From NCBI RefSeq assembly GCF_001997385.1, contig NZ_CP019633.1, forward strand, positions 1,800,001 through 1,832,000: a stretch of DNA of 32,000 bases. The letters run 5' to 3'. Position numbers and translations under genes: made by a program. Source of the DNA: Sedimentisphaera cyanobacteriorum. Lineage in GTDB: Bacteria > Planctomycetota > Phycisphaerae > Sedimentisphaerales > Sedimentisphaeraceae. Every line of letters begins with the position of its first letter. Position 1 is the first letter of the stretch. Below the pieces are notes generated by a model. It was given only the letters and a program-made list of their open reading frames with translations. It did no database searches and was not told where the DNA came from. Positions 9,171-19,637 of this stretch are shown here, piece after piece.

Positions 9171-9365
9171 ATGACAATGATTAGAAAAGCAATTATTAAA
9201 CGAATGAACGAGTTAAACCTGAACCCTAACCGGTTATCAGTAATGCTCAAGGACGAAATACCACGTCAAACGATATATGATTTTTTGTCCGGCAAAACAG
9301 ATGCTCGAACAGAAGTAGTATCGGCGCTAATGAAAGCTCTTGATTTAGAAATAAAGGCAAGGTGA
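9171..9365 (+). CDS. Small Cro/CI (XRE)-type HTH regulator, 64 aa
   Basis: 'MNELNLNPNRLSVMLKDEIPRQTIYDFLSGKTDARTEVVSALMKALDL' has the XRE HTH pattern. The track ORF 8889-9365 is trimmed to Met95, because its first 94 codons are the translated iteron/promoter region. Confidence 0.65.
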   Translation: MTMIRKAIIKRMNELNLNPNRLSVMLKDEIPRQTIYDFLSGKTDARTEVVSALMKALDLEIKAR

Positions 9366-9369
9366 TATT

Positions 9370-10818
<1,449 letters not shown>

Positions 10819-11197
10819 TTTGAATTATAGAAACACGAATTTTATAAAAAGTGCGTTTTAATGCAAGCATTTTGTTAGCAATAAGGCAGACGAACGAAAC
10901 AATGTGTGCGTTTTTCTGCTTCATATTTTTTATCGGCAGATTACTCGGATTTAATGGTTTTCACCTCGAAACACTTGATACCCGCTAAGAAGATTGTTTT
11001 AATGGATTAGTATGAGATTATTGTCGATAAGCGATTAAAAATATTAAGCAGAATTCTTGATGGACAGTCGGGCTCGACGAGAAAAACAGAGCTGTGTTAG
11101 ATTATCTTAAAATCCAAACTTTATTTTTTTTGTCCTTGCGATATACTTTTGCCTCGGACGTTCACTGAAACAAACATTGGATATCAAACGGTTAATA

Positions 11198-11461
11198 ATG
11201 AAAAGATTTGAAGAATTATTTGAAGAGCTCAAGGGCAAGATTGCCTCTCAGGATGAAAATTCCGGAACTGTAAAAGAATACAACAAGGGCAAACACTTCA
11301 TCGGAAAGAAGGTAATCGAAGAGGCCGGCGAGGTCTGGATGGCGGCTGAATACGAAGGCAAAGAGAAAACTGCTGAGGAGATCTCTCAGCTGCTGTATCA
11401 TGCGCAGGTTATGATGATAGCCTCGGGGCTTGAGCTTGAAGACGTTTACCGATACCTTTAG
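11198..11461 (+). CDS. hisE: Phosphoribosyl-ATP pyrophosphatase (stand-alone HisE)
   Basis: '[67 protein letters not shown]' matches the PRA-PH pattern (EEA.E...A ... DLLYH..VLL). The start is moved to ATG 11198 (Met8 of the track ORF). Confidence 0.85.
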   Translation: MKRFEELFEELKGKIASQDENSGTVKEYNKGKHFIGKKVIEEAGEVWMAAEYEGKEKTAEEISQLLYHAQVMMIASGLELEDVYRYL

Positions 11462-11514
11462 AAATTCAAACAGCCGAAATGCCGGCTTCCAAAAATACAA
11501 TAAGAGGAAAAGAT

Positions 11515-12363
11515 ATGCTTAAAATAGCAGTGCCGAATAAGGGATCGCTCTCTGAAGTTTCGCTGGATCTAATAAAAAAAGCTGGCTACAGCTGCAAACG
11601 CAGCGGGAAAGAGCTTTCAGTAGTTGACAAGAAAAACGAGATCGAATTTATATATCTGCGGCCTCGGGATATTGCAATATACGTAAGCAAGGGAATCCTT
11701 GAACTCGGAATAACAGGACGGGATCTTGCGATAGACAGCAAATCTGATGTCTGCGAGCTTCTCGGGCTCGGGATAGGCAGGAGCAGGTTTTTCTATGCCG
11801 CACCTAAGGAGCTGGATATAACCCCCGAAGACCTTCAAGGGAAAAGGATCGCAACCTCTTATCCAAATGTTGTTCTGCACGACTTGGCAAAACGCGGGAT
11901 CAGTGCTGAGGTTGTGGAGCTGGACGGGGCAATTGAAATTTCAATCCGCCTTGGCGTTGCCGATGCGATAGCGGATGTTGTGGAATCCGGCAGAACGCTA
12001 ACGGCAGCAGGTCTCAAAACAATCGGCGAGTCGATAATGGAATCAGAGGCGGCAGTTGTTGCAAAGGATGAGAAGATTCTCGAAAACAGCCATGTTAGGA
12101 CATTTATCGACAGGCTCCGCGGGATTATCGTTGCAAGAGAATATGCGATAATTGAGTATGACGTCCCTGAAGACAAGCTCGAAAAGGCTTGCGAGATCAC
12201 TCCCGGGATTGAATCGCCTACGGTATCCCCGCTAAGCAGGCAGGGCTGGATGGCTGTTAAAGCGATGCTTCCCCGCAAGAAGATCAACCCGTCGATCGAT
12301 CAGCTCGCAGAGCTGGGGGCGAAGGGAATAATCGTTACACAAATCCAAACATGCAGGATTTAA
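11515..12363 (+). CDS. hisG: ATP phosphoribosyltransferase, long form with C-terminal regulatory domain
   Basis: 'MLKIAVPNKGSL...', 'DIAIYVSKGILELGITGRDL' and 'GAIEISIRLGVADAIADVVESGRTL' are HisG motifs, and a HisG_C-like C-terminal ~75 aa is present. The start is moved to ATG 11515. Confidence 0.9.
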   Translation: MLKIAVPNKGSLSEVSLDLIKKAGYSCKRSGKELSVVDKKNEIEFIYLRPRDIAIYVSKGILELGITGRDLAIDSKSDVCELLGLGIGRSRFFYAAPKELDITPEDLQGKRIATSYPNVVLHDLAKRGISAEVVELDGAIEISIRLGVADAIADVVESGRTLTAAGLKTIGESIMESEAAVVAKDEKILENSHVRTFIDRLRGIIVAREYAIIEYDVPEDKLEKACEITPGIESPTVSPLSRQGWMAVKAMLPRKKINPSIDQLAELGAKGIIVTQIQTCRI

Positions 12364-12406
12364 GCATCTCAGCAATTAGTTTGCTGATTATCGGAAGCAG
12401 GGAATT

Positions 12407-13867
12407 TTGGCGAATGCAAGGATAATATTTCCCAATCAGCTTTTCGAAGCGATCGAGAGAGGCACAGACCTGTATGTGCTGGTTGAAGACTTCGAGTTTT
12501 TCAGGAAATTCCGGTTTCATAAAAAGAAGCTCATCTTCCACAGGGCTTCAATGAAGTTCTATGAGGATTACCTCAAATCCAAAGGCTTCAGAACGCTTTA
12601 CCTTGAATCGGCGGATTCAGATTCGCTGGGTAAAATTCTTGCCTCAAGAGGGACAAGCCATGTCGAGGCCTGCGAGGTAAACAGCTTTGAACTTCAGAGC
12701 AGGATTGAATCTGACCTGACCGATAAAGATATAGCGCTTTCTTTCGTTTCTAATCCGTCTTTCATCCAGACAAAGCAGCAGGTGCAGGAGGAATTAGCCG
12801 GCGGAAGAAAATACTCCATGACAAGCTTCTATATCCGGCGAAGGAAACAAACAGGCATACTTCTGGACTCAGAAGGCAAAGCAGAAGGCGGGAAATGGAG
12901 CTGGGATCCAGAAAACAGAAAAAAGCTTCCCAAAGGCTGCAAACTGCCTGAAATCAGCTTCCCGAAAAAGAACCGATTTGTCCAAGAAGCGGAAGAATAC
13001 GTAAACGAAAATTTTCCGGACAATCCAGGCGAAACCGAAAACTTTTTCTACCCTGTTACTTTTGAGCAAACCCGAAACTGGCTTTCGGATTTTATTGAAA
13101 ACAGGCTGCACCTTTTCGGCCCTTACGAAGACGCTATTTCCAAAAACGAGCTCATTATTTATCACTCGCTTATCTCACCTCTTTTGAACGCAGGACTAAT
13201 CACACCCGAGAAAATTCTAAGCCTTCTGCCTGAATACAGCCCCAATCAGCAGGGCATGCCTATAAGCAGCCTTGAAGGGTTTATCCGGCAGATAATCGGC
13301 TGGCGGGAATTTATGCGAGGCATATACCTCATCGAAGGCAGCAGGCAGAAAAAATCCAACTTCTGGGGGCTTAAGCAGGAACTGCCGCCCTGCTTCTACA
13401 GCGGCACCACCGGCATCCCGCCTTTTGACGACAGCGTGCGGAAGGTACAGAAAAACGCCTACTGCCATCATATCGAGAGGCTTATGGTACTCGGGAACTT
13501 TATGCTCCTTTGCGGAACAGTTCCGCTGGAGGTTTACAGGTGGTTTATGGAGATGTTTATCGATGCCTACGAATGGGTGATGGTTCCGAATGTGTTCGGG
13601 ATGAGCCAGTATTCAGACGGCGGGCTGATAACAACAAAGCCTTACATCAGCTCATCGAACTATATCCGAAAAATGAGAGACTACCCGCGCGGGCAGTGGT
13701 GCGAGATTTGGGACGGGCTGTACTGGCGGTTTGTAAGCAGAAACAAAGCGGTATTCGAGAACAATCCGAGGATGAAGATAATGGCAAAACTGCTTGATTC
13801 ACAAAGCGAAGAAAAGTTCAGGAAGCATATAAAAACAGCAGAAGATTTCCTGAATTCGATTTTTTGA
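12407..13867 (+). CDS. Cryptochrome/photolyase-family protein of the PhrB / FeS-BCP ((6-4) photolyase-like, COG3046) type
   Basis: 'LEGFIRQIIGWREFMRGIY', 'NAYCHHIERLMVLGNF', 'DAYEWVMVPNVFGMSQYSDGG..TKPYISSSNYI' and an N-terminal 'FHKKKLIFHRASMKFY' closely follow the Agrobacterium PhrB-type sequence as I recall it. Confidence 0.8.
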   Translation: MANARIIFPNQLFEAIERGTDLYVLVEDFEFFRKFRFHKKKLIFHRASMKFYEDYLKSKGFRTLYLESADSDSLGKILASRGTSHVEACEVNSFELQSRIESDLTDKDIALSFVSNPSFIQTKQQVQEELAGGRKYSMTSFYIRRRKQTGILLDSEGKAEGGKWSWDPENRKKLPKGCKLPEISFPKKNRFVQEAEEYVNENFPDNPGETENFFYPVTFEQTRNWLSDFIENRLHLFGPYEDAISKNELIIYHSLISPLLNAGLITPEKILSLLPEYSPNQQGMPISSLEGFIRQIIGWREFMRGIYLIEGSRQKKSNFWGLKQELPPCFYSGTTGIPPFDDSVRKVQKNAYCHHIERLMVLGNFMLLCGTVPLEVYRWFMEMFIDAYEWVMVPNVFGMSQYSDGGLITTKPYISSSNYIRKMRDYPRGQWCEIWDGLYWRFVSRNKAVFENNPRMKIMAKLLDSQSEEKFRKHIKTAEDFLNSIF

Positions 13868-14160
13868 TTCACTTAATGGAAGGGTTCAGGCCGGCAGATA
13901 CAAGCTCATCTTCAATCAGGAAAAACTTAGGTTTTAAGCCAAATTTTGAAGGAAAAATTGTTGCTAATTCACAATAAATTTGTAATTTAAAGAACTTCTC
14001 ATATCAGAGAGCCTGCATTGTCAGGTTTTCTGAGCTCCTTTCTTATAGTTAAGAGGGCCTGCCGGAATGGTAAATCCTCCCACATTACCATAATTCCGAC
14101 AGGCCCTGTCTAAACACTTCCATTTAGATCCTTTCTGCAATATATTTCAAACTTTGCGCA

Positions 14161-14192
14161 TAAAAAACAGGGCCCGCTAAAAGCGAGCCCTG
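14161..14192 (-). terminator. Rho-independent terminator on the minus strand
   Basis: Minus-strand reading is CAGGGC-u-CGC-uuuua-GCG-g-GCCCUG followed by UUUUUU (A-run 14162-14167 on the + strand). It lies ~240 nt downstream of the pheT stop. Confidence 0.6.
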
Positions 14193-14433
14193 CTGATATC
14201 TAACTTCCGCGTGTGCCGTTCGGAAAGCGATTGCAAGAACCCTTGCAATCAACGTGGGCAGCCGGCCAAGCAGTTTGAAAGTCCCGTTTTTTCAGGCATT
14301 ATCTCACCGCAAGGCTAACGAGCTTCCCTATATAAACTTCATCGGTTCTCCAATTAAGCTGACCGTAACAAACACCGCAGAAGCTCAACTCTGATTTAAT
14401 TATATCATTGCCAAAAGGGCAATTCAAGCAAAA

Positions 14434-16446
14434 TCAGCTTGTTCTGAGCTCTGCATCAAAATTATTTGTCAGAGCGTCTATGAGAGGCTTTTCAAACTTA
14501 TCTACCTGCTCGTGAGTGAGTGTGCCGTCGTCATCCCTGAAGACAAACTGCATTGTCAGGCTTTTCTTGCCTGAAGGGATTGGTTTGCCGCGATATGTGT
14601 CTATGTAGTCAAATTTCTCGAGCTGTTCAGGGGCATTCGCTTCGACAACCCTTTCTATATCGAGCCATCTGAGCTCTTCGGAAACTATAAGCGAAATATC
14701 CCGTTCTACAGAAGGGAATTTTTGCAGCCTTGCCACCTTGAACTGCTCGCCCATGAGTGAATAGATTTTGTCGAAATCTATCTCAAGCATCGCAGGGCGC
14801 GAATCTTTCAGGCCGATCTTGTCGCATACGCTCTTTGAAAGCCTTCCGCAGATTCCAACGCTCTCTGAATCGATTAAAACCTCGCCGGCGGGGTCTGCCC
14901 AGCATACAGAAGAAGGGCGCACCTGAACCGAAGCAGTTTTGCTGTAGCGGCGGACAAGCCCTTCCACAATACCGCGGAGCTCTCTGATATCCGCCTCGGC
15001 TGTCATAGCAAGCTTTGTTTTCTCGTTGAGCCGGGAGCCTTCGAGTTCGTATGTATCTGCTATTTCATAAAACTTGCATCCTGCATTGCCGAAGTTCTTG
15101 TTGTTTTTCATTACCTCCGCAAGGCTGCCGGAAAGAGTTTGTCTGAGCAGATTAGAGTTTTTCCGTGAAACATCCTTAACGGCCATATATTCCTTCTTAG
15201 ACCTGCCGGTGAACAGCTTTGCAGTCTGCGGGTCTGTAAAGGTTATTCCGAGAGTTTCGTAATAGCCGCAGCCGTTGAGGTATGCCCCCACCTGCTGCAT
15301 ACACGTCTGACGCGGGTCTGCCTTGGCGGCGCGGATGGTAATCTTATCCTCCACAGGAATCTTATCATAGCCGTAAACACGGGCGATCTCTTCGATGAGA
15401 TCAATCTCTCTTGTAATATCGTTTCTCCACGTTGGCGATTTGCACTTCACCGCCCCGCTTTTTTTGTCTGACTGAGGATTGAAGCCTAAGTCCTCAAGGA
15501 TGCTGAATACCTTTTTCTCCGGCACATCAAAGCCGAGAATCTGAGTAAGCCTTTCAGGCCTGAGGGTAATCTCAGGGATCTCTTCAAGCTCTGAGCAGCT
15601 GTCTGCAATGCCCTTTGCTGCCGCCCCGCCTGCAGCCATAATAATAAGCTGAGCGCACCGGCGAGATGCCCACTCGATACTGCGGATGTCTATATTTCTC
15701 TCAAAACGGAAACTCGCCTCGGAACCGAGCCCGAGCCGCCTTGCTGTAGTGCGAACGCTTACAGGATCGAAAAACGCCTCTTCGAGAAGAATTTTTGTGG
15801 TTGTCTGGCTTACTTCCGTTTCAAAGCCGCCCATAACCCCTGCAATCGCTACGGGATTTTCCTCATCAGCTATCACGAGCATATCAGGTTTGAGCTCGCA
15901 TACGGTGTGGTCTATGGAGGTAAGCTTCTCGCCTGAAATTGCCTTGCGCACGTTTATCGTATCGCCGGAGAGCTTATCATAATCGAATGCGTGCGGGGGC
16001 TGGCCGCATTCAAGCATCGCGTAGTTTGTGGCATCTACAACGTTATTCACGCTGCGAAGCCCGCTCGCCTCAAGCCTTCGAACCATCCATTCAGGGCTCG
16101 GGCCAACCTCAATGCCCTCGATATAGCTCGCTGTATAACGTTTGCAAAGGTCGGTTTCGTTTATGTTTACCGCCAGATGACGGCCAACCTCCGAGTCCAG
16201 CTCTTTGAGGCTCACTTCAGGCAGCTTCAGAGGGCTGCCCGTGGCAACGGAAAGCTCACGTGCAACGCCGATATAGCTCAGGCAGTCGCCGCGGTTGCTC
16301 GTTACCTCGATATCGAGAACCGTATCATCGCCGAAGCTGATCATCTCCTCAAGCGGAAAACCCAGATCGCTGAGGATATCCCCAATCTCCTCGGGGCTTA
16401 TGTTCAAGTCAATATAATCCCTTAACCATTCCAGAGAAATCTTCAT
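14434..16446 (-). CDS. pheT: Phenylalanine--tRNA ligase beta subunit, short form (670 aa)
   Basis: N-terminal 'MKISLEWLRDYIDL', B3/4 region 'VVDATNYAMLECGQPPHAFDYDKL', B5 and a C-terminal FDX-ACB-like 'FPSVERDISLIV...YRGKPIPSGKKSLTMQFVFR'. Confidence 0.9.
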   Translation of the reverse strand: MKISLEWLRDYIDLNISPEEIGDILSDLGFPLEEMISFGDDTVLDIEVTSNRGDCLSYIGVARELSVATGSPLKLPEVSLKELDSEVGRHLAVNINETDLCKRYTASYIEGIEVGPSPEWMVRRLEASGLRSVNNVVDATNYAMLECGQPPHAFDYDKLSGDTINVRKAISGEKLTSIDHTVCELKPDMLVIADEENPVAIAGVMGGFETEVSQTTTKILLEEAFFDPVSVRTTARRLGLGSEASFRFERNIDIRSIEWASRRCAQLIIMAAGGAAAKGIADSCSELEEIPEITLRPERLTQILGFDVPEKKVFSILEDLGFNPQSDKKSGAVKCKSPTWRNDITREIDLIEEIARVYGYDKIPVEDKITIRAAKADPRQTCMQQVGAYLNGCGYYETLGITFTDPQTAKLFTGRSKKEYMAVKDVSRKNSNLLRQTLSGSLAEVMKNNKNFGNAGCKFYEIADTYELEGSRLNEKTKLAMTAEADIRELRGIVEGLVRRYSKTASVQVRPSSVCWADPAGEVLIDSESVGICGRLSKSVCDKIGLKDSRPAMLEIDFDKIYSLMGEQFKVARLQKFPSVERDISLIVSEELRWLDIERVVEANAPEQLEKFDYIDTYRGKPIPSGKKSLTMQFVFRDDDGTLTHEQVDKFEKPLIDALTNNFDAELRTS

Positions 16447-16581
16447 TTCATCACCAAATTAAATTAGCATATTTTGCGGGTAAAGCCCTGAATTGTACTG
16501 AATCAATTCAATTTCTCAAGCAAAAGCGAGCAGATTTGAGTGAAAGGCGGACTCGCCTGCTGAAGGAGGAAGGGGAAACGA

Positions 16582-18285
16582 TTATTTTTTTTCCTGCTGC
16601 TTTTTTTTCTGCATTTTGGCCCACGTATCTTTCAGCGTTACTGTTCTGTTGAAAACTATATTCTCCGGGCCTGAGTATTTATCCACGCAGAAATAGCCGA
16701 TCCTCTCAAACTGATACCTATCTAAAGGCTTTGCATTTTTCACGCTTGGTTCTATAAGGCAGCTGTCGATGGTCTGAAGCGAATTTTCGTTTATGTTAGC
16801 GGTAAAGTCCTGCCCCTGTTCTGTCTGTTCGGGATTTTCGGTGTTAAAAAGGTGCTCGTAAATATTCACCTTCACCCTCAGTGCATGTTCAGCGGAAACC
16901 CAGTGCAGAGTTCCCCGCACCTTTCTCCCGTCCGGCGAGCTTCCGCCTCTGCTTTCTGGGTCGTATGTGCAGTGAACCTCCGCTACCTCTCCGTTTTCAT
17001 CGAGCTTGTAGTCATGGCATTTGATGAAGTATGCCCCTCTGAGCCGAACTTCCCTGCCCGGTGCGAGGCGGAAGAACTTGCGGGGAGGGTCTATCATAAA
17101 GTCTTTTTTCTCAACGTAGATTTCCTTTGAGAACGGAACTTTCCTCATGCCGGCAGATTCATCTTCCGGATTCACCGCTACATCAAACTCTTCGCTTCCG
17201 TTTTCAGGGTAGTTTGTGATTACAACCTTCAGCGGATCGAACACAGCCATCACCCTTGGCGAATTTGCGTTTAAGTCCTGCCGGAGGCAGTGTTCGAGGA
17301 GGGCATAATCAACGGTGCTGTTGAATTTGTTTACGCCAATCACCTTGCAGAAATTTCTTATTGCCGCGGGGCTGAAGCCTCGCCTTCTCATACCTGATAT
17401 CGTGGGCATTCTCGGGTCGTCCCAGCCGTCAACATAGCCTTCCTGAACGAGTCTGAGGAGTTTGCGTTTGCTCATAACGGTGTATGTAAGATTCAGGCGG
17501 GCAAACTCATACTGATGCGGCCTGTGGACGGGCAGATTATCGAGAAACCAGTCGTAGAGCGGGCGGTGATGTTCGAATTCGAGGGTGCAGATTGAGTGAG
17601 TGATGCCTTCGATTGAATCCTCGAGGCCGTGCGCCCAGTCGTACATCGGGTATATGCACCATTTATCGCCTGTGCGGTGGTGGCTTGCGTGAAGGATTCG
17701 GTACATAACAGGATCACGCATATTTATGTTCGGGCTCTTCATATCGATTTTGGCTCTGAGAACCTTTTCGCCGTCGCCGAATTCGCCGCTGCGCATCCTC
17801 TGGAAAAGCTCGAGGTTCTCCTCAACGCTCCTGTCTCTGCTGGGGCTTTCTTTGCCGGGCTCGGTGAGCGTGCCGCGGTATTCGCGAATCTGCTCGCTCG
17901 AAAGATCGCATACATAAGCCTTGCCCTGCTTTATCAGCTCCACTGCGAGCTCGTACATCTTCTCGAAATAGTCGGAGGCGAAATAGAGGCCTTCGTTCCA
18001 GTCGAACCCGAGCCAAGAGACGTCTTTTTTTATCGATTCTACATACTCATCTTCTTCTTTGCATGGGTTTGTATCGTCAAATCTCAGGTTGCACTGGCCG
18101 GCGAATTCTTCGGCTATCCCGAAGTTCAGGCAGATGCTCTTTGCGTGGCCAATGTGGAGATAGCCGTTCGGCTCAGGGGGGAAACGCGTTACAACTTTGC
18201 TGCACTTGCCCGAGTCGAGATCGTTTTTTACGATAGTTCTGATGAAGTCAAGTCTTTCTGTGTTTTTTGTATTTTCACTGTCCAT
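16582..18285 (-). CDS. glnS: Glutamine--tRNA ligase
   Basis: '[18 protein letters not shown]' (HIGH) and 'VMSKRKL' (KMSKS), with GlnRS-type N-terminal '[14 protein letters not shown]' and a C-terminal anticodon-binding beta-barrel region. Confidence 0.92.
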   Translation of the reverse strand: MDSENTKNTERLDFIRTIVKNDLDSGKCSKVVTRFPPEPNGYLHIGHAKSICLNFGIAEEFAGQCNLRFDDTNPCKEEDEYVESIKKDVSWLGFDWNEGLYFASDYFEKMYELAVELIKQGKAYVCDLSSEQIREYRGTLTEPGKESPSRDRSVEENLELFQRMRSGEFGDGEKVLRAKIDMKSPNINMRDPVMYRILHASHHRTGDKWCIYPMYDWAHGLEDSIEGITHSICTLEFEHHRPLYDWFLDNLPVHRPHQYEFARLNLTYTVMSKRKLLRLVQEGYVDGWDDPRMPTISGMRRRGFSPAAIRNFCKVIGVNKFNSTVDYALLEHCLRQDLNANSPRVMAVFDPLKVVITNYPENGSEEFDVAVNPEDESAGMRKVPFSKEIYVEKKDFMIDPPRKFFRLAPGREVRLRGAYFIKCHDYKLDENGEVAEVHCTYDPESRGGSSPDGRKVRGTLHWVSAEHALRVKVNIYEHLFNTENPEQTEQGQDFTANINENSLQTIDSCLIEPSVKNAKPLDRYQFERIGYFCVDKYSGPENIVFNRTVTLKDTWAKMQKKKQQEKK

Positions 18286-18321
18286 TCTTAGCCCATTCAG
18301 CTTTTATGTTCAAAGTTTAAT

Positions 18322-18690
18322 CTAAGACTGCTCATTGCAGGTTTTGCTTACATATTCGCAGACAACCTCAGTGGAAATTCCGCCTCTAGGGGTAAATGAA
18401 GCGGTAATCTTCATCCATTTTGGCTTGCAGCATTCCACGAGGTAATCGAGTATCTCGTTGGCTGCAGATTCGTAGTAGATACCGCGGTTTCTGAAGCTCT
18501 GCATATAAAACTTGAGGCTCTTGAGCTCGATGCAGTATTTATCGGGGCAGTAGTCTATGCTTATAGTCCCGAAGTCCGGCTGCCCTGTAACCGGGCAGAC
18601 GCTGGTAAACTCGGGCACCTCTGTGCTTATTACATAATCCCTGCCCGGGCGGGGATTATCGAATAAATCTATTTTTGTTTCGCTGGCCAT
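18322..18690 (-). CDS. queF: NADPH-dependent 7-cyano-7-deazaguanine (preQ0) reductase, unimodular type
   Basis: '[23 protein letters not shown]' (catalytic Cys motif) and '[15 protein letters not shown]' (QueF motif). The start is moved to ATG 18690 (Met13 of the track ORF). Confidence 0.88.
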   Translation of the reverse strand: MASETKIDLFDNPRPGRDYVISTEVPEFTSVCPVTGQPDFGTISIDYCPDKYCIELKSLKFYMQSFRNRGIYYESAANEILDYLVECCKPKWMKITASFTPRGGISTEVVCEYVSKTCNEQS

Positions 18691-18823
18691 AATATTTGCT
18701 CTAAAATTTATAACGGTTATACTCACATATACTAACCGGCAGGCGGGCTGTGATTATTCCGCTTGCCGCAAAGCTGTAATTCTACAGAAAACAAGCAATA
18801 TTGAAACATTAAAGCTTAAAGAT

Positions 18824-19519
18824 ATGCACGATAAAAACAAAGCTGTTGTACTGCTATCAGGCGGGCTTGATTCGGGCACAACCGCTCAAATCGCCTCAAG
18901 CGGGGAATTGGAAATCTATGCAATGAGCTTCTCTTACGGACAGAGGCATACTGTGGAACTGGAGGCAGCCAGCAAGATTGCGGATTTCTGCAAAGCTCGG
19001 GAGCATCGGATTATCGATATAGACCTAGGCAGGCTGGGCGGGTCTGCACTTACCGACAGCTCAATTGATGTACCCAAAGACAGGAGCGAGGGCGAGATGG
19101 CCTCGGGGGTGCCGAGTACATACGTTCCTGTAAGAAACCTCGTGTTTCTCAGCTATGCACTTGCTTGGGCGGAAGTTCTCGGGGCGTTCGATATTTTTAT
19201 CGGCGTGAACAGCCTTGATTATTCCGGCTACCCGGACTGCCGGCCGGAATTCATAGAATCATTCGAGAAAACCGCCAACCTCGCCTCTGCTGCATCCGCT
19301 GAAGGAGGGGGCAGGTTCAAAATCAATGCCCCGCTTATGCAAAAAACCAAGGCCGAGATAATCCTTGAAGGCAAGCGGCTGGGCTTCGACTACTCTCTCA
19401 CGCACAGCTGCTACGACCCCGATGAAAACGGACTAGCCTGCGGCAAGTGCGACAGCTGCAAGCTTCGATTGAAAGGCTTCAGAGAAGCCGGCCTGAAAGA
19501 CCCGATTAAATATCAATAG
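18824..19519 (+). CDS. queC: 7-cyano-7-deazaguanine synthase
   Basis: PP-loop '[13 protein letters not shown]' and C-terminal zinc motif 'HSCY...[14 protein letters not shown]'. Confidence 0.9.
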   Translation: MHDKNKAVVLLSGGLDSGTTAQIASSGELEIYAMSFSYGQRHTVELEAASKIADFCKAREHRIIDIDLGRLGGSALTDSSIDVPKDRSEGEMASGVPSTYVPVRNLVFLSYALAWAEVLGAFDIFIGVNSLDYSGYPDCRPEFIESFEKTANLASAASAEGGGRFKINAPLMQKTKAEIILEGKRLGFDYSLTHSCYDPDENGLACGKCDSCKLRLKGFREAGLKDPIKYQ

Positions 19520-19560
19520 ATTTCTCACCAGCAATCAAATTTGAACGCACTTGCAAAATT

Positions 19561-19588
19561 TTGACAGTGCATAAGCTCAAGTTATAAT
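19561..19588 (+). promoter_or_regulatory. Near-consensus sigma70 promoter (TTGACA - 16 nt - TATAAT) upstream of the methyltransferase
   Basis: TTGACA lies at 19561-19566 and TATAAT at 19583-19588, 50 nt upstream of ATG 19638. GGAG lies at 19623-19626. Confidence 0.55.
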
Positions 19589-19637
19589 CGATTTGAATTT
19601 TTGAACACCAACTCTCATTTTTGGAGATAATCGAATT

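Noticed and set aside
13510-13797. 95-aa + strand ORF (MRNSSAGGLQVVYGDVY…) and the minus-strand ORF 13217-13471.
   Set aside because: Both lie in alternative frames fully inside the well-supported photolyase-family gene.
17629-18291. The long antisense ORF (220 aa) opposite glnS. Similar cases are 25189-25821 opposite thrS, 15991-16425 opposite pheT, 11859-12287 opposite hisG and 22024-22434 opposite uup.
   Set aside because: These are shadow ORFs on the opposite strand of strongly supported conserved genes. Their peptides are low-complexity (Ala/Arg/Val-rich) with no motifs.
18737-18798. Possible preQ1 riboswitch in the queF-queC divergent intergenic region. It has a hairpin CGGCAGGCGG…CCGCTTGCCG at 18737-18768, then CTGTA-attc-TACAG followed by AAAACAAGCAA at 18774-18798, reminiscent of the A-rich tail of preQ1-I.
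   Set aside because: The second hairpin has only a 4-nt loop, which is too small to form the preQ1-I pseudoknot or binding pocket. The conserved loop nucleotides are absent. The similarity is limited to an A-rich tail.
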